Shown one piece after another: positions 38,557-51,000 of a stretch of 64,000 nt of DNA; within the stretch, counting starts at the first letter, position 1; every line of letters begins with the position of its first letter. This stretch comes from Chara braunii (Eukaryota; Plantae; Charophyceae), in contig BFEA01000004.1 in NCBI GenBank assembly GCA_003427395.1, positions 1,519,874 to 1,583,873 of the forward strand, read 5' to 3'. A program made the translations under genes and the position numbers. Below the pieces are notes generated by a model. It made no database searches, had not been told where the DNA came from, and saw nothing but the letters and a program-made list of their open reading frames with translations.

Positions 38557-40276
38557 GGCCTTGGCGGGGGGAAGAAAGGAAGAGAACAAAGAAAAGAAAG
38601 AAAAGAATCTGAGAACATGGTACTACCGTCTTCGCCCCTCTGATAACGACGACTGCACACAAGCTATATTTCGGGTCCGGTGCATCCAAAATGACGGTAG
38701 TTTCCCCGGGCAGCTGCGCCACTGCCAGCGTCATCACCCAGCTTCTTAGCTTCTCGCGTTCACACCACAACGAGACACTGCGCTAAACTAAACTATCAGA
38801 CGCAACAATGTTCCATGAAGTATAGTCGTCCCATGGCGGCGGGGCGCAGGATTGAAAGAGCTTGACAGTAGTATCAGGTAGTATCAGGTACGTAGCTATG
38901 AGCATATGCATACCTTGGGGGTGGGGAAGAGACATCGAAGAGGGGAAGAGGGTACTGGTACAGAGGGAGCCACGGAAAAAGGAACTGGTGACAGGCAGAT
39001 TGAGATAGGAGGGGAAGTCGTTTTTCATTTCCAAAAAGAGAACAAAGAGATTCAAAAGGACGGCGGAGAAGAAGCAGAAGAAGAAAATCGGAGGAGAGAT
39101 TGCAAGGGCAAGTGGTTTCGTCGTGTTGTGCGCCAGACAGGAGGGGGGGAAAGCGGGACAGGGAGAAAGAGGAAGAAGAAAGAGCAGGAAGAGGAGGAGG
39201 AGGAGGTTGAGCAGGAGGGAGGAGGAACAGGAGGGAAAAAGAGGTGCAGCAGGAAGAAGAGGTAAGACGAGGAACGAAGAGGTGGAGAAAGGGAGAGGAT
39301 CAAGATCAAGAAGATGCCGGCCTGGGGGAAGAAAGGGGGCGCGGGGGCGGGGTTGGAGCATGCGCGTTATGCGAGGAAGGCATATCTGGAGCCGCGGAGG
39401 GGCTAGGGAGGAGGAGAAGGCGAAGAAGAGGAGGAAGACGGAAGAGGCGTAAGTAGCGGTGGAACCAGCCTCTAGTTTGTTTCCGAGAGATTGATCAGAA
39501 AAAAAATAAAAAAATAAAAAAATGTAGGTGCAAAACGCAGGAAAGAAAAGAAAGGTTGCTGAACAGCAGCTCTGTCCTCGGTGAGAGAGGGGGTGTCCTT
39601 GGTAAGAGGGGGTGTCCTCGGTGAGAGGGGGTTGCTTGCTCTCTGCTGCTCTCGACGTCTGATGATACCCATGGTTTTTGTTTGTGTTCTTTTTGTGCGC
39701 GTACAGTTCCAAGCGCGTTTTAAGCGCCATTAGAGGAAGGCAAGGTACTGGTGGCAGGGTCAGGAGACAGGAGCGAGAGGAGAGAAGTCCACAGGCGGAA
39801 GTAAATTTGCTAAGCGATAGAAGATCCGTATTGTACCCCTTTCTTTTTTTTCGTTTTCTTTTACGACCTCGTCGTGGAAATCGACTTTCCCAACGATTGA
39901 TTATGGTTGTAGATATTGGCCATCTCTGAATGGCCTATATATCAGTGTAATCATCAGCCGTCAGTGAATTGTGTACTGACAGTCGTCGGTTCGTTTAGCG
40001 ATTGATTGATTAGTCGCCGCAGTAAGTGAACTGACCGTCAGGAAATGGTGCGACAGGGTAGTTGTGGTTTGGATTCTGTGTGTGTGCAGTTGTTTTTTCT
40101 TTTTTTTCCCGGTTTTTCTTTTGTTCCTGGAGTTATTGTCCCAGAACTGCATCCTCCCTATCTGGACATCGTACATTTTCCCAACCTGCAGTTCCCGGTA
40201 GCCTGCGTACAAAGTGACAACATATTCACGCATTGACACGCACAGAAGCGCACACACACAGACAGAGCTTTAGTGT

Positions 40277-40407
<131 letters not shown>

Positions 40408-40471
40408 NNNNNNNNNNNNNNNNNNNNNNNNNNNNNNNNNNNNNNNNNNNNNNNNNNNNNNNNNNNNNNNN

Positions 40472-42367
40472 GTCCGTAGCTCACCGGGCAGCGTCACACC
40501 ATCACCACGATTAGCTCAAGGGAGCTTCGATGGCAGAAGTGTTCACACTCTGACATTTCAGAACGTGACGTACAAAGTGGCCGTGAAGAACACGAGGAGC
40601 GATGGAGGAAAGACACAGAAGGAGTTGTTGAAGAACGTCAGTGGCGAGGCTCGTTCTGGGGAAATCTTGGCCATCGTGGGTCCATCGGGAGCGGGAAAGT
40701 CCGCACTCCTGGATGCACTTGCTGGTCGGATCGCGGCCTCTGCCTCAAGTCTTGAGGGCCTTATTCTTGTCAATGGAAGGCCTATGGACAGCAAGCAGTT
40801 GCGCAAGCTTTCTGCCTACGTTGCGCAAGATGATGCCCTGTTTGCCTATCTCACAGTCAAAGAGACGTTGCTGTTCAGCGCTCGTCTCCGCCTTCCGGCG
40901 GACATGCCGATCGACGACAAAGTGGCGCGCGTTGACATGCTTATTGCCACATTGGGACTAAGTCCACGTGCTAACACACGGATAGGCAACGAGCAACTGC
41001 GGGGTCTATCGGAGGGAGAGAGGAGGCTGGTCTCCATCGCTGTGGAACTGCTGCATGACCCGGCCGTTCTGTTCCTGGACCAGCCGACGTCTGGACTGGA
41101 CAGTACGTCGGCACTAAACCTGGTCCAGAACTTGTACCAGATGGCAACCCAACCCCACCGCCCGCGGACCATCTTGATGACCTGTCATCACCGGCCAAGC
41201 CACTTTCCGATGATCCTGGATCTCATCCACAAGATCATGATCCTGTCACGTGGCTCCTTAGTGTACAGCGGTACTTATCCTGACCTCTCGATCTTTCTGG
41301 ACCACTACGGCAGACGGGTCCCCCCGCATGTCAACGCGATGGAATTCGCCCTCGATATCATCGACGAACTGCAGGAGTCGGCGCAGGCTGTTGCCGCCCT
41401 AGCGGACTTCAACTCTGCTAGATCCAAACTACAGCCGTCGTTATCCTGTCTGAGCAATATAGGTCAGATGTCAGAGGACCTGGACGCGGGCTTCGCCACA
41501 GGTCCAGTGATCGAGACCTTGACCCTCTGCCACCGCAATGTCATAACCATATCTCGAACGCCGGAGTTGTTCGCCTCTGCGCTAGGACTGATGATCGTCA
41601 CAGCAGTGGTTCTGGGCTCACTATTCTACGGCGACTTGGACAAGGACGAGAGTGGTAAGTTCCGCCGGAGTACCTTCTTTGCCTTCATTTGTGCGCTTCT
41701 GTCCTTCACCGCCATTCACTCTCTGCCCATGTTCTTGCTTAAGAGGAACGTCTTTGTCCGCGAGACGAGCAGAGGAGCTTATCGCACCTCGTCGTACGTC
41801 CTAGCCACCGGCCTCGTTTTCCTCCCCTTCTTCTTCATCCAGTGCTTGCTGTTGAGTCTTGTCGCTTACCTCGTGGTCGGTCTTGTTCGTGATCCTTGTA
41901 CTTTTTTCCTTTTGGGTACCACCATGTTCCTTACCATCACCGTCGGCAATGCCTTCGTCAGGATCATCACCTCCTTGGGGTCTCTCATTCCCAACTTCGT
42001 CGCCTGCAATACCATCATCACTGCGATCACCGGATTCATGTTCCTCTTCTCCGGTTTCCTCGTGCCTAAGGACGATTTCCCCAACTACTGGATTTGGTTC
42101 CGCTACGTCTTTAGGGCATTCAGGATGGAATACACTTTTACCGGATTCAAGTACCTGGTCAAATTGTTGCTGAAGAAGGAATACACTCGCGTGGACAATT
42201 TTTGGCAAGACGGGACCTCCGGCAGCCACGTGGCCCGGCAAAGGTTTCGCTTTTGGGGGGATGTGAGCGTCAGGATCGACCTTGCGTTAATTGCAGGGAT
42301 GGTGCTTGTCTATAGGATACTCTTCTATGTTGGTCTTTGTGTGAGGAGCTCCAGTATGCGTAAGTAG
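40472..42367 (+). CDS. Half-size ABCG (WBC-type) transporter, intronless in the visible part, 5' end lost in a gap; resembles the plant ABCG5/ABCG10-like group
   Basis: Open frame of ~630 aa with NBD-TMD order: LLKNVSGEAR, Walker A GPSGAGKS, AYVAQDD, LTVKETL, signature LSEGERRLVSI, Walker B VLFLDQPTSGLD, NAMEFALD, RETSRGAYRTSSY, FLFSGF, PNYWIW. TAG at 42365-42367. Confidence 0.93.
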   Translation, partial: VRSSPGSVTPSPRLAQGSFDGRSVHTLTFQNVTYKVAVKNTRSDGGKTQKELLKNVSGEARSGEILAIVGPSGAGKSALLDALAGRIAASASSLEGLILVNGRPMDSKQLRKLSAYVAQDDALFAYLTVKETLLFSARLRLPADMPIDDKVARVDMLIATLGLSPRANTRIGNEQLRGLSEGERRLVSIAVELLHDPAVLFLDQPTSGLDSTSALNLVQNLYQMATQPHRPRTILMTCHHRPSHFPMILDLIHKIMILSRGSLVYSGTYPDLSIFLDHYGRRVPPHVNAMEFALDIIDELQESAQAVAALADFNSARSKLQPSLSCLSNIGQMSEDLDAGFATGPVIETLTLCHRNVITISRTPELFASALGLMIVTAVVLGSLFYGDLDKDESGKFRRSTFFAFICALLSFTAIHSLPMFLLKRNVFVRETSRGAYRTSSYVLATGLVFLPFFFIQCLLLSLVAYLVVGLVRDPCTFFLLGTTMFLTITVGNAFVRIITSLGSLIPNFVACNTIITAITGFMFLFSGFLVPKDDFPNYWIWFRYVFRAFRMEYTFTGFKYLVKLLLKKEYTRVDNFWQDGTSGSHVARQRFRFWGDVSVRIDLALIAGMVLVYRILFYVGLCVRSSSMRK

Positions 42368-43529
42368 TGGATTTTTTAATGTTTTGGGGGGNAAGGGAAG
42401 TAAAGTAGAGTTTCAGAAGCTAGATTCACACCTCCTTTTTTGTTGTCGTTCCTTTTCTTTCCCCTGGGGACGAGGGGGGGGAAGCAGTGGTGGGCTTTCC
42501 CCTCTGGTGGTGTACATTGGATCCCATCTTTGGAATGTATGAGACGGCATAGTATTTGAGGTGGGTGATAGGAGCATCCTCGAATAGCAGAGTAGTCCCT
42601 CAGGAGTGATGACTCCAATCTATTAGTAGGGAGCAGCACCTGCTGCCAAAGGGGTCCAGCATCCCTGTTAGCAGATGAAACAAGGCATGAGATGGAGAGG
42701 GGGATAAGCAGTGATTTCCCTTTTCCTCCTCCTTTTTTTCTTTCCATTGGCCATTACCTGACCACGGATGTGGAGATGAAGAAGGAGAAAAGCATTGACT
42801 GCCCTTTTGCTAGGGGATTAGCTGATCCTTCTGGCCCTGGACAAAACCCACTCCTTGCATTGACTAGATTGCTAGTAGTTGCAAGGGGGCAAGGGGGCAA
42901 GGGGGCAATTACGGCTCTAGCAAGGGCAAAACCACAAGAGGACCTTTATTGGGGTAGTGCTCGTATCACTTCCAATAGCAATAATCCGCATCCTGCCACG
43001 ATTTTTTATTCTTCAAAAGACCATTATAGATTTTAACATGCTAACCTTTGCATACAAGCGGGGCATTCAGGACGCTTTCCCCGTGAGCATTCTTAGGCCC
43101 CCCTTAAGATTAACACTGTACGGAAGCTAACAAACGAAAAGTATTGTAAATTTGTAACCATACCATCCCGGCTTCTTTTTTTTTTTTTTTTTTTTTTTTT
43201 GGTGACCATACCATTCCCGTCTTACTAGTGAATGTAAAAAGAACGTTTTTTTAAACATCCTTGAACCACCAGTACCCTGGGGTCTGGAGGTGATCCAGTG
43301 TGCACCAAGCTTCGCCAAGCCGCTAGCAGCGCACTTCTGTTCCTTCGCACTTCTGTTCCTTTTTGGCTGGTGCCGTCAGCCATCGTGGTGCGGTACCCGA
43401 GGCCCGAAGCACGGAGTTTTTGGAGTAGGTGACGAAACATTTTCTGCAAGGCTGAGGCAGTGTGGGGGTTTAAACCACCAGTACGTTTCCCAGCCATTGT
43501 TCAGAGTCGCGGGGTGAATGCAGACACGG

Positions 43530-43802
43530 GGCCCCATTTCGCTGGATATCCAGCCAGGCAAAATGGGCCTTGCATGCGACCCATTTTATCCAGAGAAACG
43601 CCCTGGCACTTCCCAAGAGTCGCTGCTGCGTGGCTGAAAAAAATGGCTCAGTACCCGTTTTGCTGGATATCCATCCAGGCCCGTTTTAAAAATGGCTCAG
43701 TACCCGTTTTGCTGGATATCCATCCAGGCAAAACGGGCCTTGCATGCGACCCATTTTATCCCAGAGAATCGCCCTGGCACTTCCCAAGAGTCGCTGCTGC
43801 AT
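43530..43802. repeat. Complex tandem repeat (gctggatatccatccaggc / cacttcccaagagtcgctgctgc units), possibly DNA-transposon subterminal
   Basis: Repeated blocks near 43540, 43660 and 43710. Confidence 0.7.
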
Positions 43803-46664
43803 GCACGCCGCGACTCTGAAAAAAAGACTGCGGAAATGTACTGCTGGTTTCAGGCTCTGATCAAACGGCTGTGCGGGCGGGTTCTGGACTCCAGAAGGAG
43901 CTGGGCAACAATGCTCGGCCGAGAGAGAGGGAGGGAGTAGGGGTGGGGTGGGCAAGGCGGAGGGGAGCGGCTATCTTCTCGTGCAACTTTGATCGAGAGG
44001 AGGAGTCCTCCGGAGTTGTCTGCTGCATTACGAGAACGAAGTTAGGGGACTGGCAGGGTGTTGAATAGTGTCTGAGCCTTTTTCTCCAATTTTCCCATAC
44101 CAGACTGAGATAATTATTCTGGTCCAGATCACAGAGTCCTCTATTTGGAGTCTAGGGCCATCAAGCCAGATTGCCTCAAATGAGCAAATCAGGTTTTTCA
44201 ATTTTTTCTTCCTAGTGGGTATATGATTCTTTCTGAAGGTCAGTCTTCAGTGCTTTACAGAACTTGTGTATTTTGGCTATTATGATAGAATCTGCAATCT
44301 CTTTTTTGTCCTGCACAAACCCATAAGTGTGCTCTTTCCTGTCAGACTGTCATTAACGCCGCCAGTCTAGCTATTTTAAACTTGAACTGGTTATCTGCAA
44401 GGGGTGACCACTCCTGTTGCGGGTCCGGACCGTCTGGAGGATCCCCTAACAGAAATGTCTGCGCACGCGCACTCCAAGGGAGACTCCATAGTAGTGTGAG
44501 AAGGTTCCACACTGCATCACATCTCCTTGGCCCCTCCAGATCTGAGTTGCCGTGGGAGTTCTCAGAAGGCAGTGCTCCATTTGGCCCGGCATTCAGGGAT
44601 GAGATGGCACTGTAGGAGCACATAGGGGAGATCCGTCCTTGCTTCCTGTTCGAGAAGTGAGCGAGACACAGGGACCCAGGGACCATCTGTTTCCAGGAGG
44701 TGCTGTTTTCCATGCCCCTTGTCTTCTTCTTCTTTTTTTTTTATAGAAACATCGATGACGGGGTGTAGGGGAGGTGCTGATAAGAGCAGACACCCCCTCT
44801 ACTATCCCTGCGTGTTGGATGGCTCCGTTCCATTGGTGGGGAGCTGCACTAGCTGGAAAACGGGTCCAGCGTCCCCTTACATCATAACAAGGAGCCAGGT
44901 GATGTGTTATACATGCCATTATGTCAAGTTATATATGATGAGCAGCATTGATTGCCCTCTTCGCAAGGGGATTGACTGCCCATCTATCTCAGAGGTGGAC
45001 TAATACCAATATTCAATTGCTATCAAATGTATAATCTAAGTCTACTGCACCAACATATTGGAGGGGTTGTATACTGTTGGTTTTCGAATGATCGGGCTAT
45101 TGCTGACATTTTTCCAATGTCCTTATCGTGTCCCCTTTCCTCTCTTCTTTTTGCAATGAGGACAGAATCCCATGAAGAATTTGTTTCCATTCCCTTTATG
45201 TGTGTGAAGCTCTCAGCTCTGTTTCCTGTGCCTTAGCTCATGAGTGCGGCTCTTTGACTTTTCTAAGTCCAATTTGTGAATTCGCGTATCGCATTGTTTC
45301 TTCTGAAATTCTTTTCCATTCTTCCTCTTTCTCTTTTTTTTTAACATCCACCAGGGCTGCTAGTGGGGTTGATGCGAGCAGCCTGCACTAGCAGGACCTC
45401 GGTAGATGGCTCCAGTCTGTTGGTGGGTAGCAACATCTGCAGGAAAATGGGTCCCGCGTCTCATTAAGACCATTTGCAGAAAATAAGCTTTTTCATTCTT
45501 CTTTTTCTGATGTTTAGAGGGGTGTTTCTTGGGACACTTGGCCCGGTTCCCAGCACGTGCTGCTCCTCATGAATAGACTGGGACCTTCTCGATGGTGTGC
45601 CATGCACTGTCTAGGGTTAAGTCTGGACAACACGGGGATCGGTGGGATGCATTATTTCAAATAACGAAGGAGAGAGAGAATTTTACATATCAGAATAGAG
45701 GCACTGCCCAACTTCTCTCTTGGTGGTGCGCCTGGCGAGCCTTCCATTGCCTTTTTCATTTTGCATCTTCTTGAATTCTCGTTTCTTTGTGCGAATTCTT
45801 GCTGCATCTTGTGTCTACTCTTGGCGCCTTTACCCTTATCATTGGCTGCAGGTTTAGATGCGAGTCACTGAGTACACAGTGATCACCTGGAGCCGTACGC
45901 CGTGGGTGTCCTGGAATATGAGACCACCTCCCATCCCATCCTCACGTCAATACTCCTAGCGCACCCCCTATCCCACTATCCCACCTCATTGTGACCAGCA
46001 CTCAGGACCATTACCCTACCAATGGGCAGGTAACTTGGACCGAACAGCAGTGATAGGCACCAGGGCTGATAGGTTGCCCAGCCCTGGTGGAAGCGGAATC
46101 GGACGAGCCTTGTCGAACGGAAACTTCGGACGCCAGGCCCAGACAATCTACTACAGGCCTCAAGAGACTCTGGGCCCTAGGTTTCAGACAGGGTAGCACC
46201 CATTGAAGCAGTCTTACGGTCCTTACCCAAGGCCAGGCGGAACTCAGACTCCCCTGAGCGACTTATACCCCTACCCTTACCCCAGGGTCTAAGCCTTATA
46301 TATAGCCACTAGACAGTTCTATCCGAATATCGGTAGGAACTTCGGTGGCTTATACGTCTCCCTAATGCAGATACTAGACCCCACCCAGTGACTAGACCCC
46401 CCCAGTCTGATAGTTGTGTAGTTTGCAATGTATGTGTATACCCGAAGGCTGTGTATGCTCCGTCTATCTATGTATCAAGATGTACAGACCGCACTATGTG
46501 TGGAAACTTGTGTATGTAGCCCATAGGCCATGTGTAATTTGCAAGCTATGTATATGCCCAAAGGCTGTGTGTGCTCTGTGAATCAATGTATAGAGATGTA
46601 TAGGCAGCATCATGTGTGTATATCGAAGAGAGAACGGGGTAAGCTGGACAAGGAACCCCCCAAG

Positions 46665-46735
46665 GTCTGAACCAAGCTCGAACCTGTGACCTTGTAACAT
46701 ATGATCGTACGACTCTACCATGTGAACGACTAGTG
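46665..46735 (-). repeat. tRNA-like sequence (decayed tRNA or SINE head)
   Basis: Minus strand ..ttcacatggtagagtcgtacgatcatatgttacaaggtcacaggttcgagcttggt has D-loop-like GGTAGAG and a B-box GGTTCGAGC. Confidence 0.45.
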
Positions 46736-46974
46736 GAAATGGCACGAACATGTGATATGCCAGACTGGGGAGATCAACAGAACAGCCAAGACCAACACCC
46801 CCAAGCAACCCATGTGAAACCCAGAACCAACATACAACACCATGAACAACCCAACCCTTGGGTGGTGTGCAGGCAGTGTCTGTAATAGTACCATGCATGC
46901 GTCAGCCCAAGGGAGTGTATGTCCAGCCGTGCGTCAATCTAACGCCCTGCCGGTGTCCATGCACAAGGTTGCAA

Positions 46975-47049
46975 TTGAGTTTTGAACCCGCAACCTCATA
47001 CCACAATGCGCATTTCCAACCGGTGCTCTAACCACCGAGCCACATCAAC
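46975..47049 (-). repeat. tRNA-derived SINE head
   Basis: Minus strand: A box TGGCTCGGTGGTTAGAGC and B box GGTTCAAA with an extended spacer. Confidence 0.6.
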
Positions 47050-47060
47050 TGGACTACAGT

Positions 47061-47720
47061 CTAAGTTTCTGGCAGACGAGCAATCTGAGGTTTGTGGGGT
47101 CGAACTGTCAAGTTTTTACCAACTTCTTGGAAGCTCAAAATTGAATATATGAGTTTTAGATATGCATATATTTAGTAACATAAGAGACATGACTTCCAGC
47201 GCATCCGAGGTTTATAATGGCAGTTCGTGCGATATCAGGGAGAATGCAGCAGTGTGTGTTCTTTTTGCATTTTCTTTTCATTTTGCTTTCTTATCACCTT
47301 CCTGGCTGCTCACCATCTGTCTGCCTCATCAAAGCCCTTCTCGACTTTATGTGCCGACGGATCTTAAAAGTAAATGAAAGAAACGAGGAGGTTGTCTGGG
47401 TTCCCTGTGCTCTGCTTTTGGGTATATGACCTATTGCATGACTCACACCTTGCCAGTGGTGTGGATCAGACATGACTGTCCTGTAGACTTATCACAACAG
47501 TTTATAACATACGTATATGGTGTGAGAGTAGGTGATAAGATCCATCACCTGCTCTGGCTTCTCCTAATCCTGTGCTCCGGTTTCCTCACGAGGATTACGT
47601 CTCATGACCGATCGTTTGTAGAAGATGATGTAGGTACATGGTTCAAGTTCCGGGCAGTTACAGATATGATGTCTGGAGTTCGATTCGGTCTCCAGGACCA
47701 GTAGGAGCGGTCATCATGAG
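47061..47720. repeat. Unclassified dispersed repeat, copy 2 (see 18472-19380)
   Basis: Colinear similarity to copy 1. Confidence 0.75.
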
Positions 47721-48033
47721 GAACCAGGACAATGTGGGATGGATGCAGTGGGAGACACTTTTCTTTTTAGTGGGACAACGCTCCAATCTATTCGTGGGGA
47801 GCAACATGTGCTGGGAACCGGGGCCAGCGTCCCTCATGAAATTACAGATACCGGGGCCATAACCCGGCTTCGGCCGAGAACAAATGGGACAACTCAGGAA
47901 TATTCAGGAAACTTCGTGAAGAAATCTCAAAAATCTACTGAGGTATTTGAAACTAGGGCTAACAAGGCTACTCATCAGAAATCGACACAGACAAAGTACT
48001 GAAGTATTCAAAGAAACCACCATTCAGGAGCCT

Positions 48034-51000
48034 GTTTGTTGTTGTTGTTTTTCGGAAAATCTGGCCCGAGCTGCTAGGGGCGGGGGATAGGAGGCCCTTC
48101 CTCTGGTAGGCCAGCTTCCAGTCGCTCCAGTCTATTGGTGTGGAGTCGCACCTGCTGGAAATTGGGTCCAGCGTCTGTGAAACACTGAAGGAATGATAAT
48201 AAATGATCTTGATTACCGGCGCCATTACCCGACTTCGGGTAAGGAAGGATCGAGCATATTAAACGCAATGCTCAGAAAGGAAGCACGCTGCCTCTTAACC
48301 CAATTGCTTTGTGCTGGCCGGCCGTTGGATAGACGTATCCTTAGCAGACGGCACTGCACGAAGACGTGTTCAATTTTACTGGGGGCATTTTTGGCTGGGA
48401 AGGTGGAATTGCGGAGTTTTCACCAGGAAGGGCCAGCCCTTGTTGTTTGAGGGACATTTAGTCTATCAACCAGTCAGCGTGCTCATTTTGCCACTGCAGT
48501 GATGCTAGGTTAGATGGTTTGGCCTTGATGATCCAGAACCATCAGATGGAGCGTAAGGCTCACGGTCACTATGGAGGTGTTTCATCCATTGGGCCTCCGT
48601 TGTATCACGAAGGTTGATTGATCCAGAACCATCAGATGGAGCGTAAGGCTCACGGTCACTATGGAGGTGTTTCATCCATTGGGCCTCCATTGTATCACGA
48701 AGGTTGATCCTGGGTCTCAGCATCTGATAGACCGCCTTGACTGATAAAGAGTGCAGTTCTTGTGTGCTGGCCTTGCCTCTGCTGAGCGCGGTAGTCCAGA
48801 ACCAAGCCTCGGGATCCAAGGCGAGGCTAGAGATTGGGAGGTCTGGGCGAAAGTTAGCCAATGGTCTTACTGTCTTCACCCGAGTAGAACGCCCGGTCAT
48901 TATTGCTGCATCTGGACTGAAATATGGGCCAAATGCATCTGTAACGACCGGGCATTCTATTCGGGTGAAGATGGTAGTCCTTGAGGAGCCGGATCTGGTA
49001 CATCGCATCTGAGTTGAGCCATTGCTCAGTTTTGAGGGGCGCTCGGATGAGGGTGTTGTCCGCCTGTAACAGGAAAAGGCTGACTAGGACTTAGCCGTCG
49101 GGGTGGATATCCACTATATTGGCCACCTGGCCCATTCGACCTCTAAGCCCCACTCTGTCACCCGTTTCCAAGGTGGGGCCTTTGTGAAGGATCCGGACCC
49201 AATCCAGGGGGGAAAGAGAAGATCAGCGTGTCCAGTGCCTCCCCTAGATGATGGCAGTAACGCAGTTTGGACCATAGTTTGAGTTCAGTGACCCAATCCT
49301 TGGTTTCTTGATCCCAAATGTCTTCGAGAGAGAGGACCCCATGCTTGCGACATCCCTTCCAGGGGGCCGCTGTACTACAGAAGACTGTTGTGGCATTTGT
49401 GATCGCCTTGGATCCATCAGTTACCAAAGAGGGGCTGTCGGTAGACCTCCTCCCAAAGTTGAGGTGCACCTTGTGTGGGAGGAGGAGTTGTCTCCCGGTT
49501 TTCAGGAGCGTGGGCCAGAAAGCATCGTTGGGCAGGTCAGTTCTGGCGGCCTGGGGATCCGAGTTCTGATTGGTGGCCGCCCGCTGGGGCAATGGCCAAG
49601 TCCGGTCCTACAACCATCAGATGGAGTCCATGCCCAGTGTGGCTGGGGGCGCCAACCTGACGATCTGCTCTACCACTAGGGCCCTCCATGGAAGATGGCA
49701 GGAAAACAGCAGGTGTTTCACCCACTGGAGGGAGAATGCCTTGATTTGTGTGGATGGATCAAGGAGGCACAGACCCCTTTTTTACTTGGGCTGTGTCACT
49801 GATCGCCAGGCTACCCAACTAATGACATTGGTGCATTCATGATTACCTTGCTAGAGAAAAGTTGTGATTTGCCATTGGAGTGTGCGTTGGGCCCCTTTCT
49901 CCAACGTTGGGGTAGTTGTTCTATACCATAAGGCTTCCAAGACCACGTTGATAACTAGAGACCTCCCCACCAGCGAAGTATGTTTGTCTTTCCACTATGC
50001 CATCTTTTCCAAAGCGGCTTAGGGACGTCGTTTATCGTTGGTGCTCGGTTTGTCTTTTGCTCACATGTACACCCCCAACAACCAAACCGGTGTGTTATGG
50101 GGGAGCCACTTAATTTAAGGGGTGTCTGGTGGCCTGCCCCTTTGGTAGTGAATCCACCACTTCAGCGCATTGTTCCCCTAATCGATCTTCACACATAAGC
50201 GGTCCACTGGTCTCTGGATCTCAGACATGTTCTCCTGAGAGGTGCCCACCATGAGGGTCAGATCATTTACAAACAGTGAACAGATGGGGACCGCCTCCTC
50301 AACTACGGAGGACACCTATATTTTACGGATGTCTCTATGCATCCAGAGGTTGGTCGCCAGTGCCTCCATGATGATAACAAACAGAAAGGGGATAATGGGG
50401 TCGCCTTACCGGACTCAACGCTAGAGCATGATGGCTGGAGCGAGGGACCTGGTAATCTGCACCCCGGTAGTGGCGTTTTGATGGAGGATCTTGATCCATA
50501 AGCGACATCAGGGGTCACAGTTCAGTTCTTCTAGGCATTTGTCCCGAAACATCTAGTTAACGTGGGCATATGATTTCTCAAAGTCGATAAAGACAAAAGC
50601 CGCATTATGTTGCAATTGGCAAGAATGTGACGTCCAACCTCACACCCAGCGCGACTTCCTATTTCGGAGTGTTAGGGGGCCCGGAAGTGCGGAAAAGGGG
50701 TGTGCCAAGGATTTCAGGAAAGTGGGGGTGGAGTCCTAGGTCGGAACTGAGATCTTCAGTGGCAAGTTGAGGGGTAGTTGAGCAAGTTGGTAATCCCAAG
50801 TTATATTGGACTTCGGGAGACCGGGCTACCTTCGGTGTGAGTGTCGTCGTCGCGGTCGGTCCCATATCTGATGGACCACCAGGACGCTGTGGGTGTCCCG
50901 CTGGGTGATCAGCCGCTGGCGCCGTTCGTGGCAAGCCTCCGCGTCGGACGAAGCAGGCCTCAGGTGCAGGCTGTGTGCTCGTTGTTCGGCTTCGGTCTAG

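Noticed and set aside
38783-39730. 315-aa minus-strand ORF and overlapping plus ORFs
   Set aside because: Purine-rich low-complexity DNA with no recognisable motif. It could be the ABCG leader, but nothing supports that.
45990-46900. Possible LTR-like element starting TGTGAC
   Set aside because: No matching right end, TSD or second copy found in the window.
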